Positions 13,004-28,729 of a DNA stretch of 64,000 nucleotides are shown here, piece by piece. The number at the start of each line of letters is the position of its first letter. The stretch's first letter is position 1. The notes beneath the pieces were generated by a model. It saw only the letters and a program-made list of their open reading frames with translations. It did not search any database and was not told the origin of the DNA. The position numbers and the translations under genes are program-made. The DNA comes from the human T2T-CHM13v2.0 reference genome, Homo sapiens. Where the stretch lies: the NCBI RefSeq assembly GCF_009914755.1, contig NC_060936.1. The stretch is one strand, 5' to 3'.

Positions 13004-15802
13004 CTAGAAGAAAAATCAAAATATGTGCAGTAATGTACATCCCATACATATTAAACTGTGCTGAATCCATAATTAACATCATCAGAGACAGTCAATTTGG
13101 CAAATTATTAAAGTATTTATATCCCTGCGTGCTCAGAATACTAAATCTGGCAGAAATACAATGAATGCATTGTCACCTCGTATTGTCACTGTATCAAGGG
13201 ATTTCCTTGTAAGCAAATGCTTTTGGTAGTTCCCTGATAGAGCTTCAGGTGGGGTTGGAGATTGACTTGTCTTGCTCTGAATTCTGATTCATAGTAAGTG
13301 GAGACAAAGTTTAAAAGTATATTATGAATTCATCTAAAAAATAGTCACTGTTTAAGCATGACAAATAGGAAAAAAAAATACCCCACCTTTTTCTCTACTT
13401 CTGTAAAATAACAAGTGAATTTTCATTTGGTACTTAGTATCTAATTTCAAAAATTATTTGCCTGAAGGAAAGGCCTTTTAGAACCTGAAAAATGTTCTTC
13501 GCTTCTCTGTTTTTTATTAATTAGAGGTCTACTTTGTTTTTGAGGAATTGTAAACTACTTAAGTATCTTGGAATTTCCAACTAGCTTCCAGATACCAAAG
13601 GTTAAACCATTGTATTTTATAGAACAAAAATCTCTGTATATTTTAGTTTGAAAGTCATAATTTATGCTTGTTTCTTACATAACTGAAACTCGAAGAAGTA
13701 TTTCTTTGATTCTTGCTTTCTTAGAACTTTGTTTTAGTTGTTTTATGTTTAGATCTATATATATGTCCTGATATATATATATATATATATAAAACAATTC
13801 AGAGAAAGAAATATTGCTGAATTAAAATGAATGACTATAGCAGTTTAATTTTCCTTAAAAAATCAAAAAACTTTATAGCTTTAACTTAAGATGCAATTCA
13901 TGGTGGGTTTTCGATTATTTATAAATTAACTTAGATTTTTCTTGGGAATGCTATAGTATTTGTGCAGTTAAGATGTGTTTTAACATATAATTATATTCCT
14001 ATGAGCTTTCATTTTATTAACTGACAGCATATTTTAATAAATGGTATTTTTCTCCTCTAATAAGATTTAACTGGGAATATAGATTAAATTTATAAAATAT
14101 GTAAAAACCCAGATACATAAAAATTAAATTGGAATTATAATATTATTTTTCCAGTTAGCAAACAAACAAAAAGTCAGTAATGTCCTATTAACCTAGAATC
14201 CTATTAGGAATTTTTAAGAATCTAAGTCACATTTTAGTATTGTATTACAATACCATGTATATTCAGATGAATGGATGCATTTAATTCCTGAAATAGACCT
14301 TGAATCAGCAATAAAAATATCCAAGTAGGGGTTTTAATATTAATTATATTTTGTTATGCTTAAATTCTCTAAAAACAATAATACACACATAAATGGAGAC
14401 TTGATTTCTAAAAGAGTTGCACAGGATCTTTCATCATATTGAGCTAGAGATTAACTGCCAAGTATCATTCCTGTTAGACAAATATCCAATTGTTAACAAA
14501 ATACATAGGATTAATGCTGATTAATAACCAAACACTAGTTACATAGCAGGAAATCTTCGATGATTTGATTTGGAGAATACTTTTTTATGAATTTTGAATA
14601 CATGAAAAAGAAGCAAATATCCCGAAGCCATGAAAATGAGCAGGACAGCTGATGTGTGGAATGCATATATCAAAAAACGTTTCAACAGACGTGTGATGTT
14701 TAACAGGGATTCCCATATTCTAAAATACCAACTGTAAAATACGGGTGTCCTGAAGAAGGCCTAGTAAACCTAGTTGATGAGAACAGCAATATGAAGCAAT
14801 CTAAATATGTTAATAATCTCTCCATACACAACGCTGATCATATCACACTTAAGCTGCTGTAGAGAGAGGAAGTTACCATATTTTAAAATATCAACACATT
14901 AAAATCTTTCTAAAAGTCATTCGCATAATATAAGAAATGGTTGAATCTAGGCTACATGGTAGGTTAATATATCTTTCTTTCTTTTTTTAAACTTAAACTC
15001 TTAGAACTGTTCCAAACTGTTTTCTATTTACTACAAGTTAAGCATTTATATTTTCATTATAGTGAGTTTTTAAGGAGTAAAAGTTATCGAATTTATCCAA
15101 CAATATGAAAATGAAATAATCATCTTTCATATATTTAGAATAGTGGTTTACAAATTGAGATTATGTTGTCCACGAAGTAATAAATCTAAAACTGTTTTAC
15201 AAGAAAATAAAAAATTCTGAATATATTTTGAGTTATGTTATAAATTGAAAAATTGATGCTGTGAATATCAATAATGCAAACTGAAATTAATATAAGGCAG
15301 GGTTGCATTTGGGGAATTATCACTCCTACAACAGAAAATATTCTTGTGGAAATCTCCTCAGACCAGAAGCTCTAATTCATTCCTTGACACTAAGATATTT
15401 GATAATAAAAATATATAGGGAAGGCATATATATTTAATTTGTTTTGGTTTACATTTCCCATACATGTCTGATATGTTATTTTTAAATAGTCAATGATTTC
15501 TGAGTAATTGAAAAACACAAGTATATTTCTCATGTTCTCCAACCCTTGGAATTGGTAAATATATTGTAGAGTAATTTCAAAATTACTGATGGTCTTAGCT
15601 AATTATGAATATTCTATGCTACAACTTGGTGGCTGTATAAATAATTGGACATTAATGATGAAAATTATGAATCACTGCAACTCTCTACAGCTATGCTCAA
15701 TCCTTGTAGAGTTTATTTAGCTCTGCATATGTACTAATCCCTCTATGATAAAGTTGTTTGTTTCCTGTCCCCAAGGCATGGTTAATTGCATCTTTTTCTG
15801 AC

Positions 15803-15805
<3 letters not shown>

Positions 15806-15856
<51 letters not shown>
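15806..15856. repeat. Uninterrupted (TA)25 microsatellite
   Basis: Read directly. Confidence 0.97.
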
Positions 15857-15859
<3 letters not shown>

Positions 15860-16074
15860 TTACTTGTTTATATATCTATATCCACATCCCTCCTCATCCC
15901 TATGAGAAACTGTGAGTTACTCTTAGGGAAATTGTCTATGAAGGCACTTAGACACATATGAGTCCCTCGACAACTAAATGAAATGCTATTGTAAACAAGC
16001 ATCTGGATCAACAGTAAAACCAACATGTTTACTTGGTTTGAAAGTTTTATCAAATGCTGATGCTTACTCCTGCT

Positions 16075-16300
16075 AATAATAATATTCATAAACGTTCACT
16101 AAGGACTTGCCATATGCTAAGCACTGGCTGAAAGCTTTGCATATCAGATCATATCTAATCCTCATGATGACTCTGAGGTCAGTACTAGGATTATCTTAAT
16201 TCAAGATAAGAGGTAATTGATGCTTTGAGAATGAATGATCAAGTCACTTATCCAGATCTGTCTGACTCCAGAGCCCCAATTCATTTCTTCTTTAGGCCAC
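16075..16300 (-). mobile_element. MIR SINE
   Basis: gacttgccatatgctaagcact...tctaatcctcatgatgactctgagg...tctgtctgactccagagccc. Confidence 0.65.
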
Positions 16301-16784
16301 TGAGCATTACTTGTTGATAATCAGTCCAGTTGTCCCTGAACTCACCAATGTTCAGAATACCTATGGTGAGTTAATACATATTATTATAGCTCCTAGGGTC
16401 ATACGATGGAACAACTCATATAGTTATGCTAAACCCACTGAACTTCTATAAAGTAAATTATTTCTAGATTACGTTGTACAACAACCATTTTTTTCTTAAA
16501 TGTACTCACACGACCAGGTTATTTGTCTTAAATGCTGTTTATTACCTCTATTCTGATAAAGAATCATTCTTTTGTAAAAGCATCCCTCAAGTGATATGGG
16601 AATGCTTATGGGACCATCTCAAATCATACATTCTCTAGTACCTTCATTTAAGTCACAAAACTCTTGAATTTTCTCTGGATAGGTCCTTCTCTTCTTACAG
16701 CTCTGGGTTATTTTCTGTGTGGGTCCTGCTGCTTAGAGTATCTTTCTCTGCTTAAAAAACCCTTAATCATTCTTTAATACCTAG

Positions 16785-17110
<326 letters not shown>

Positions 17111-18160
17111 ATGCCAACCTTTCTTGAAGACATCCTTGTCTTTGTCATTACTCACACAGTCACAGCTTTTTCTGTGGCTACATATTGTGATGGAAATACA
17201 TCTGTTTTGAGTTGTTTTTCATTGATATGTGAATTCCTAGCACTAACTCTGAACTTCTCAGTCATAATGAGCATATCTTATTTATCTCTGTGTGTCAAAC
17301 ATGTGCTATGGAGCCTGACACATACTAAAAATTCTATACATATAAACTCTTGCAAATTCTTAGCACTTTTATAAAAAGAGAGGAAATATAATATGAAACT
17401 AAATATTGAATATTAAATAATTATTTGATGTCATATTTAGCAAGAATTTTTATATAATATTCATTTCTGTTTTATTCAAAATAATTCTTATACTAATTGC
17501 CTCTCGTTGCTAAAATAAAAATGAGATACAATTTCTTCTTAATACTCTAGAAGACAGAATTATAGTTATCCTTACATACACACTCCACATAATCCCCTGT
17601 TCTCAGAACATCTGAAAGACCAATGATAAAAATATAAATGTATATAAATATTAAATAGAACAAAAATATTTGCATGCTTAAAAACTAGATATAACTGGGA
17701 AATAATCCCTAGTTTGGATTTTAATGCTCAGAACTTGTCGGATACTTTACAATGAAGTGTCCCAATTTCCACTCTAACTCCTAAAGATTTACTAATTTTT
17801 AAAAGTTCAGTCTTTGAAATTTCACGAAATTGAAATACGTCATAAGCCTTCCTAATCTCCTAAGGATATTATCATCATATTGGTTTATATATGTCAGTAG
17901 AACTTATTCGAGTAACAGCTAAGAGAAGCTTACAGCTACTTTTAAAAATATCTAAACACAGGTTTTTCTACTAATACTTTGTGATGTTACATGCAGAGAA
18001 TATTCAAATGAATATTTAAAACTATGATATTAGAGACATTAGAAAATAAGATGCTTCTAAAATAAATGTCTAAAAGTTAAAGTACATCAATTTGCATATC
18101 AAAATATACATAATTTTCAGTTAGTGGTCTCTTATTTTGGAATCTATAAAGAAAGACCAA

Positions 18161-18205
18161 GGTGGGGGGGGGGGGAGGGGGGAGAGAGAGAGAGAGAGAG
18201 AGAGG
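18161..18205. repeat. Poly-G tract followed by (GA)n
   Basis: ggtggggggggggggaggggggagagagagagagagagagagagg read directly. Confidence 0.9.
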
Positions 18206-18510
18206 CTCAATAATAATATTAAATGATATAACATTTTGAATGTCATCTGAAGTAGGGTTATAATGTACCATAATAGAAGTCTAATTCTGATAAGCCATAG
18301 ATTCAGTGGTTTAGAAAAAGAAGATGTTTATGAATATTACCAACATCCACACAGTAATCCATTTTCACTTTTAAAAAATGATTTTTCATATAACTCAAAA
18401 GTGTTCCTCAACTGACTGACTTTAGGAGTCAGGTGAGTCAATGGATGAAGACAAAGAGCTTGATGCTGATGACAGAAGTGTAGTTAAGCTTGAACTCTTT
18501 TTCCATACTA

Positions 18511-18678
<168 letters not shown>

Positions 18679-19975
18679 CTATTGGGTTTAACAGAAAATG
18701 CAATTATCTTATGAATACAAGTCATAAATACTTACAAATGACTTCCCCCTTAAATTATTGCAGGCTTACATAGTATCTAATGTTAGCTGCAGGTTACACT
18801 GCAAGCAGCAACAAAGAAGCACAGACCTGTTTAAAACAGGGTTTATAAAATACATTAAAGATAAATTGTATTTGATCATTTAACAAGTTACTGAATTTAA
18901 AAATGTAATGCAAATGTAATGCAGTCCTTTAGCAAATGTAATAATTTCAGTACGAATTCAGCAGAAATAGAACACTTGGAAAAATATGTATGATAATGAT
19001 GAAAGAACATTGCTTGATGCATCATGATCTTTTTAGAGGATCATAGTGACAGTCAAAATTTATTTCATTTACATATGGCCATTAAAATAATTTGAATTGA
19101 ATAAAATGAGCATAATCATTAAAATGTTACTTTAACTTAATCACATGGTTTTATTCACAATTAGTCTTTAGATTAATTATAGAAAAATATATGCAACCAA
19201 TTAGAACATAGTAACTGAGATTCTCAATTGTCAGTTCAGAAAAGGAAGTTAAGGATACAGTTTTAAATTGCCTGTGTTAGAATCTATGATTTCCCAGAGT
19301 AGCCTCTGGGGCCATGACAGAGGTGGAGGGAAAGTCCCTGAAGACTTTCCAGGCTGTTTCAGGCTTTACACTCTTAGCTTTTGCCAGAGGAGTTCTGCTT
19401 TGAAATGTTTTGTGAATTGGGGTTTCATATTTGCTTTCATTTCAAAAGGAAGTTCTACTGCTAAAAAACAAAGATACATGAGAAGAAAATCAGAAATTGC
19501 TTGATTATTTTCAGTTATTATAATTTTACTAGTGAAGAACCACACACAGTTGGTGAGCATTATAGGAAAGGTCTTCGGAAGCATAGTGAAAAGCATAGGC
19601 TAACAAGTGGTGTCTACTTATGCAAAATAAAGAAGAAAATAAAGCAGAAATTACCCAAACAAAAGATTTAAAAACAGATATAAGACACTGAAGGTGGAAA
19701 GAATAAAGAAAACAACTTTATTTTTTTCTTTTCAAGATATTTTCTAAAAGTTTAACTGTAATGAAAAATTTTGGTTTTCACTATACCACTGTTAGATTCA
19801 TTGTCAAGTATTAGTATCATATTTTTTGGTTGATTTCTCTACATTTGCTGTCACTAATTATGACTCAAAATGTTAGAAAACTTTGCCATTATTGGGCACA
19901 AAGAACACCAGTATCTGAGACACTAAACATGCATAAATCAGTAGATAAGAGTCACATTTAAGGATCAAACTAATC

Positions 19976-20113
19976 GCCGGGCACAGTGGCTCACTCCTGT
20001 AATCCCAGCACTTTGGGAGGCCAAGGCAGGCAGATCACGAGGTCAGGAGATCGAGACCATCCTGGCTAACACAGTGAAACCCCGTCTCTACTAAAATAAT
20101 AATAATAATAATA
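19976..20113 (+). mobile_element. Left arm only of an AluY/Sc-type element, ending in (AAT)n
   Basis: gatcacgaggtcaggagatcgagaccatcctggctaac is Y/Sc-diagnostic. The sequence stops at the A-rich linker. Confidence 0.9.
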
Positions 20114-20369
20114 GTAGTTTTTCAGTATGAAAATAACCTGAAATTTTCAAGGAGCCCTTTAAAATTTATCAATCTCTGATTATATTATGGTATTCTATTC
20201 TCTCAAATTCTTTAGATACATGTATTCATTGCATAAATCCAAGCTGTTTTACATAGGTTGTGGAGATTTGCATGAACTTAATAATGTCTGTTTTTCCAGT
20301 GGCATCTGATGTCAATCTTTCGCTGGCAAACTATGTTCCAGACTTCTGACCTACTTTTAGCTCCTCAGT

Positions 20370-20770
20370 ATGTCAAGCCTTTGCTTATGCTGTACCCTCT
20401 GCCCAAAGCACTCCTTCTTTGGTTCCTCATTTAACCAGCTCTTTCTCATTCTTTAAGTCTCAGCTTAAACATCATCTCTCAACAAGGCATTTGCTCACTA
20501 CTGTCTAAAGTAAGTTTCTCCTTTTCCCCACCTCCGCAAGTCTCTATTTCAATCCCTTACTAATTTTCTTCAGAATATTTTATGATATGCAATTTAAACA
20601 AATTTTTCTACCAAATTTCATTCTATTTTCCCATTGCAATAAAAGCTCCATGAGAGTTGGCACAGTGTCCGCCTTAATCCTCTTGATCCTCTCTGGATTT
20701 GGGTGTTAGCTCAATTCCCAACATCTATAGGTATGCAATTAATATTTGTTGAGTGAACTGAAATGTTAAA
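20370..20770 (+). mobile_element. L2 3' fragment
   Basis: gcctttgcttatgctgtaccctctgccc...tctcagcttaaacatcatctc...aagctccatgagag...aatatttgttgagtgaa. Confidence 0.7.
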
Positions 20771-21264
20771 TGAGTTAAATTTACATACCTCATATAGTTT
20801 TATATATCTCATACAGATTTGGCCTATATGAAAGCTAAGCCTGTGGCCATGGTTAATTGGCATTATTTCCTAAAAGCTTAGGCTAATTAACATTATTATG
20901 TACATCTATCCTTCAATCTGATGACAAAAATAATGAAACCTTTACAACACAATGAAAACTGTTTTTTTTTCTAATTGTAAATTAGAGTCATCTTGCATAA
21001 TATAGTCGTTCAATAAACATATCAGCATCCAATTTTGCACAATACAGTGTAAGATTTAGAAATATAAAATATCCACCCTCTAGGAAAAGAAACACAATAA
21101 TGATGCTATAAAGGATATCTGTTATTAGAGACTACCTAAATCTTTTGATCACACTCTTCACATTTGGCAAGTGGAACTTTTTAACTGCTTCTCCCTACCC
21201 TCATGTCCTCATTGTCTCTTTACCCAGCTTAAAGTTAACAATTCAGTATTTGTAAGCACTCTCT

Positions 21265-21800
21265 TTCATGCTCCCTCAGTTTCTAGAATCTGATCACTTG
21301 CCACTACATCCACTGCTTACATTTGTGTCCAAGACCTATAATCTCCCCCTGGATTATAATGGCTCCTTAACTGGTCCTCCTCCTTTCAGCCTTTCATCTT
21401 CAGGCTATTCTCAAAACACTATTTCAGTTAAAATGTGAGTTAGGTCATTTATACCTCTGCTCAAATTTTTAATGTCTTCTTATTGAGCTCAAGTGAAAGT
21501 CAAAGTCCTTATACATCCCAAAGGGATCTAAATTTTCTGAACTTATCTCCTATTTTTCTTCTTGCTCATTCTGGTATAGCTTCATTGGCTGCCTTGCAGT
21601 TTTTTGTTTGTTTAGTTTTGTTAGTTTTGCTTTTAACAGGCTAAACATCCATGTCCCCACAACAGGGGTTTTGTACTTCTTCTTTTCTCTAACTAAAACA
21701 TTCTCTTTCAGAAATCTGTATGACTATCTCACTTCACCTTCGCTTTCATATTTTAACTCAAATGCCACTTTTCAATGAGGCTTTCCCTGGTTACCTACAA
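21265..21800 (+). mobile_element. L2 fragment
   Basis: ctagaatctgatcacttgccactacatccactgct...ggctccttaactggtcctcc...aaagtcaaagtcctta...ttaactcaaatgccacttttcaatgaggctttccctg. Confidence 0.7.
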
Positions 21801-21999
21801 CATTGGATATCTCCTTCCTAGCATATTAAAATGTTGCTTTGTGTCATTAAGTTTTTGGATAGTTTGTCATATCATGATAGGTAATCAGAAAACCTTCTCC
21901 CAAAGGATCTGTAACTATTTATTAGAGTCATAGTACTATGGACAATAAAATATCAAAGTTTCTTGAATATTACCTCTGAGCTAGGAGTAATTTTCTGAT

Positions 22000-24000
<2,001 letters not shown>

Positions 24001-25939
24001 CTGCCAACTAGGACCTGTGACTAGTGGAGAAAAGAGGATCATTCCTTTTTTGTTGACACACATACACACGCTCACATACAGACACACACACTATATATAC
24101 ACACACGCATGCATGTTTGTGTGTGAATATATATATATAATGTACATTAATACATTATTCTCTTTTCTGTTTTCTGTACCCTGTTACCATCTTTTACCCA
24201 TTAATTATCCCCATTTTCTACCCCTCCCCCTGACTGTTTGATAGTTCCTCACAATCCAAATCCCATCTTCCCAGTAACATTTCTTGGGAATGTTTACCAC
24301 TAGGTGGCAGACCTGTGACTTAAGATCAGTCAACCAGACCTGACCACCCTGGGAGTTAGCCTGACGGGGCAGAGAGGAACCATGCTGGGAAGGGGTAGTG
24401 GCAGAGGCTGCGTGTTTCTGGGACTGGGCTTGTGAGAAAAATTTACAAAGCTAAGAAATGTGGTCCTAGAGACTGTCTGAAAGCTCAGTTTAGAGATTTC
24501 TTATATGCTTTAATTAATGTCTTTATTTAAACAGCCAAGCTATATACTCTGTTTTGTGCAATTAGGAACTCTCATCTACATGATAATAAAAACCAAATAT
24601 GTTTTTATTAATATAAACAGACTCCTTAAGGGATGAACGATTTCACTTATCCCCAATACCAAGGAAAATATTCTACATAATAAGTACTTAATACTTGTTG
24701 AATTGGGTTAATGATAAACATCAATTATTCAGATTGAAGAATATGGACAAAAATGTTCTCATCTGGCATATATATATGGCCTAATTTAAGGTTAAAAATA
24801 AAAGTAAATAAATTAAGAGTACAAAAAGTGATACTTAGCTAAGATACCATTAACAATCTACTAATTACACACCTTCACTGGGAGCTACAACTTTAGCCTA
24901 ATATTTAATAATTCTCACAGAAAGTACAAATGGAACTCTCTTTGGTATACTCAAAGGATTGTAGAGACTATGTGAATGGCCATGAATCCTATGTTTGAAT
25001 TTTCTTTAAATGACCACAGGTTCTATGTGTATACACACATATGTATCATATATTCACACACAGACACACACACACACACCCACACAAACCCACACATCAT
25101 GCGTCATTGGGAATTTTTTGGACTAAGTTTTGCCTTGAAAAGCAAGATGGCCCAGGTAATCTAAATCTTTTATTTTACTATGATTCTGTAAGGATTTCTA
25201 AAACTATATAACTTCCTATTAGATCTTAATTCAACAAAACCTTGTGAATAGTTATTTCCAATTATAAATGGCACTGAAACAGAAACACATTCTTCCCTGT
25301 AGACTAATGTGGCTGCTGTAATATGGTCATATAGCATGACATTAACATCTGAAAACGAAAACCTTTAAATTGGTTGCCTTCTTACTCAACCCACTCCATA
25401 TCTTTTACCCTCAAATATCGTTTAAAATCCCATGTTTCTTATGCTCATGTTTGATTATGAAATTGAAATAGCTGTTGGGAGGGCGTATGTCCTATCCTAT
25501 TTACTCTTGTACTGATCATATCCTATCATAGAACTTTCATAAATAACTATATACGCACATGCATGTACACATATGTAGAATCTTTATCTGTTTTCAGCTG
25601 AGAAGGTCTTCCTTTTCTGAATTGGACCGTATTTTCTACCCATTGATGAAATACATTTGGATGACATTATTAACTCGTACAGGCAGAGATTTGTCAATAA
25701 GAAAAAATTTTTCTTTAGTAGTGATGGGTGTCTAATTGTATCTCAATATCTGTTAAGATAATTCCTTTGGCTCAAAACAAAAGTGAGGGCATGGTAAGAA
25801 ATGTGTCAAATGCAATTATGTCTTCTTTTTAAGTTTATGATCCATGAGATTAAGTTACAGCTTTATTATTTATAACTAGGTATTAATACTGTTTCTTGAA
25901 ATCATAACAATATGAATACTGTTTCTCAAAACCATAACG

Positions 25940-26195
25940 TTTTTCTTTTTTTTTAATTTTTTTTTATTATACTTTAAGTTTTAGGGTACATGTGCACATT
26001 GTGCAGGTTAGTTACATATGTATACATGTGCCATGCTGGTGCGCTGCACCCACTAACTCGTCATCTAGCATTAGGTATATCTCCCAGTGCTATCCCTCCC
26101 CCCTCCCCCCACCCCACCACAGTCCCCAGAGTGTGATATTCCCCTTCCTGTGTCCATGTGATCTCATTGTTCAATTCCCACCTATGAGTGAGAAT
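25940..26195 (-). mobile_element. Short young L1PA2-type 3' end
   Basis: Reverse reads gctagatgacGAGttagtgggtgcagcgcacc (GAG, not Ta ACA or pre-Ta ACG) and cttaaagtataat. Near consensus. Confidence 0.92.
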
Positions 26196-26893
26196 TCAAA
26201 GTCACACAATAGTTACATTCTAAAACATTATGAACAATTTAAAACATCCTTTGAGATCTTCAGCTATAAAAATAGTTGAAACAACTCCGACAATAAAAAT
26301 GTTCTTCACGCTGACATTCACAGGCAATAACTATACAAAAATTCCCAGTTTTTCTTTACCTCTTCATTAGTTCAGATAACTTTGTCAAAACATGTCTTAT
26401 TGATCATTTTGAGTTGAAATAACATCAGGAATAAATTATTTTCTATAAATATAACCTTCTGTAAATATATACTTGCCAAAGTATGGTCAGAGGAGTTTTA
26501 GGAATAACAAATTTTGTTTCAATATTTTTTCTACATTTTTATCAGTATAAAAATATTGAACAAAAACTTCTTTGTATGTTTCTATAAATATCCACTATAA
26601 TTTTTTGAAATTTCTATTTTTGTATAATTGTTTATAATATTATAATGATTTTATTAGGATATTCTTAATTTAATAACTTGAGGCAGTTGGATTTAAGAAC
26701 AACTGCAGTGATGACTGATTTTCTTTCATTCACTCAAATTTTTGCAATGTCAACGAGGTGTTTCTGTGGAGAAAACATAATACATGGCCAGGACATACAT
26801 TTCAGCTTTGACCTCAGAATAAAAACATAGCAGATTGACTTTCCACATGACTAACACAAAATAAAGTAGGATTGAATTACAAAAATTTAAATA

Positions 26894-27203
26894 GGCCAGG
26901 AGCAGTGGCTCATGCCTGTAATCCCAGCACTTTGGGAGGTGAAGACGGGCCGACTGCTTGAGCCCAGGAGTTCGAGACAAGTCCAGGCAACATGGCAAAA
27001 CCCCATCTCTACAAAAAATAACAGAAATTAGCTGGGTATGGTGGCATGTGGCTATAGTCCCAGCTACTTGGGAGGCTGAGGTGGGAAGATCACCTGAGTC
27101 CAGGGAACTCTAGGCTGCAGTGAACCATGATTGTGCCACTGCACTCCAGCCTGAGCAAGAGTGAGACCTCGTCTCAAAAGAATTAAAAAAAGAAAAAAAT
27201 AAA
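26894..27203 (+). mobile_element. AluJ
   Basis: Dimer with tgcttgagcccaggagttcgag and aggctgcagtgaaccatgattg. Confidence 0.93.
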
Positions 27204-27349
27204 TTTGAACAAACTGTATTCTTCTTTGAACATAATACCTTTGCATCACATGTGAATTGTGGGTGACATAGGAATATGATTTCTTAAATACATAGTCTGT
27301 GGGTAAACTGAGAAGGAAGTAGTGGACTCTCTGGGTGTTTCATTTATAA

Positions 27350-27505
27350 GCCATTTATAGGCCTGGGACAAGTTACTTACTACCTTAGTTTTCTCTTGAA
27401 TTAAATGGGAATAATGAGATTGCTGTGAGAATAAAGTGAGTTAAACATGTAAAACATTCATAAAAACATTTAGATTTTAATGTTAGCTATTATATTATCA
27501 TTATT
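27350..27505 (+). mobile_element. MIR fragment
   Basis: ctgggacaagttactt...ccttagttttctc..taaatgggaataatg...ttgctgtgagaataaagtgag. Confidence 0.6.
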
Positions 27506-27726
27506 ACTCTCTATCTTCATTCAATTCCCACTGGAACTTCTATTTTCTATTTTGGAAGATGGTATAATTCATCCAAATATCATTATACAGAAGGACTTTT
27601 TCTGATCTATTGTTTTTGATAACATTCAAAATTAATACAAATGACCCCATCCACACATGGTTTCATGGACTGGCTTTTTATGTTATTTAGCTCAGTTCAT
27701 GAACATATCCTAACTACTCGATGTAA

Positions 27727-27984
<258 letters not shown>

Positions 27985-28729
27985 TAAATTTGCTCACAAT
28001 CTGACACCAATTAAAGTTTCTTTACATGTGAGAAGGAAACACTAGCTTGTTGCTTTGTCTCTATGACCAGCACACAGATATTTATAGCAAGAAGAAAAGC
28101 ACAACATCTAGAAAGAGAAACAACTATAAAATCTATAAAAATGGTTTTATTTAGCAACATTTGATAAGGCATCTGGTGTGAAGAGAGACATATTTGATTT
28201 TCAGCTCTGGATATACTACTTCTGGGGGATGGAGGAGGGTGAGAGGTGGTTATGTAACTTAAGGAGTTATTATATAATTAATACTGTGTACAAGGGGGTT
28301 TTCATAAATCTGTTTTCCTTGATGCAGTCGACAACAAAAATCCTCCACATCACTGCTTTAAAGAAGGTAGAAATGTATTTTCCAGCCTTATTCATATTTT
28401 CAAAGTAACTATTATGCATGGTTGAAATCAATGGCTTCAATATCTGTTATTGTTATTTTAAAGGAACTTTGTATTTTTCTAATTTTGACTCCCAAATAGG
28501 TACTTCACATGTGGCTCACCTTCCTCCCTTTATTATCCAAGACTCCTTTGCAAACACAATAGCCTCGGGTATTTCTGGTTCTCATGGGGTTCAATATGAT
28601 GAAAATTGTACGGATTCTGTCACCAAATCTCTTAGCTCTCTAAAATTCATCACAATTAGATACTGTGGTGGTCTGACTGTTAAGCAATGTCCTCTCTAGC
28701 TGTAGTAAGTCTTTGAGTAATAATGCTGA

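Noticed and set aside
12961-13164. Plus-strand 67-aa ORF overlapping the PPFIA2 exon
   Set aside because: GTG start, antisense shadow of the real exon, no independent support.
18900-18943. Repeated aaatgtaat(gc) creating an octamer motif ATGCAAAT
   Set aside because: Short slippage duplication; a single octamer match is not informative.
24055-25096. (CA)-rich tracts that read as UG repeats on the PPFIA2 pre-mRNA (TDP-43-type sites)
   Set aside because: I could not find a convincing adjacent acceptor/donor pair that would define a cryptic exon.
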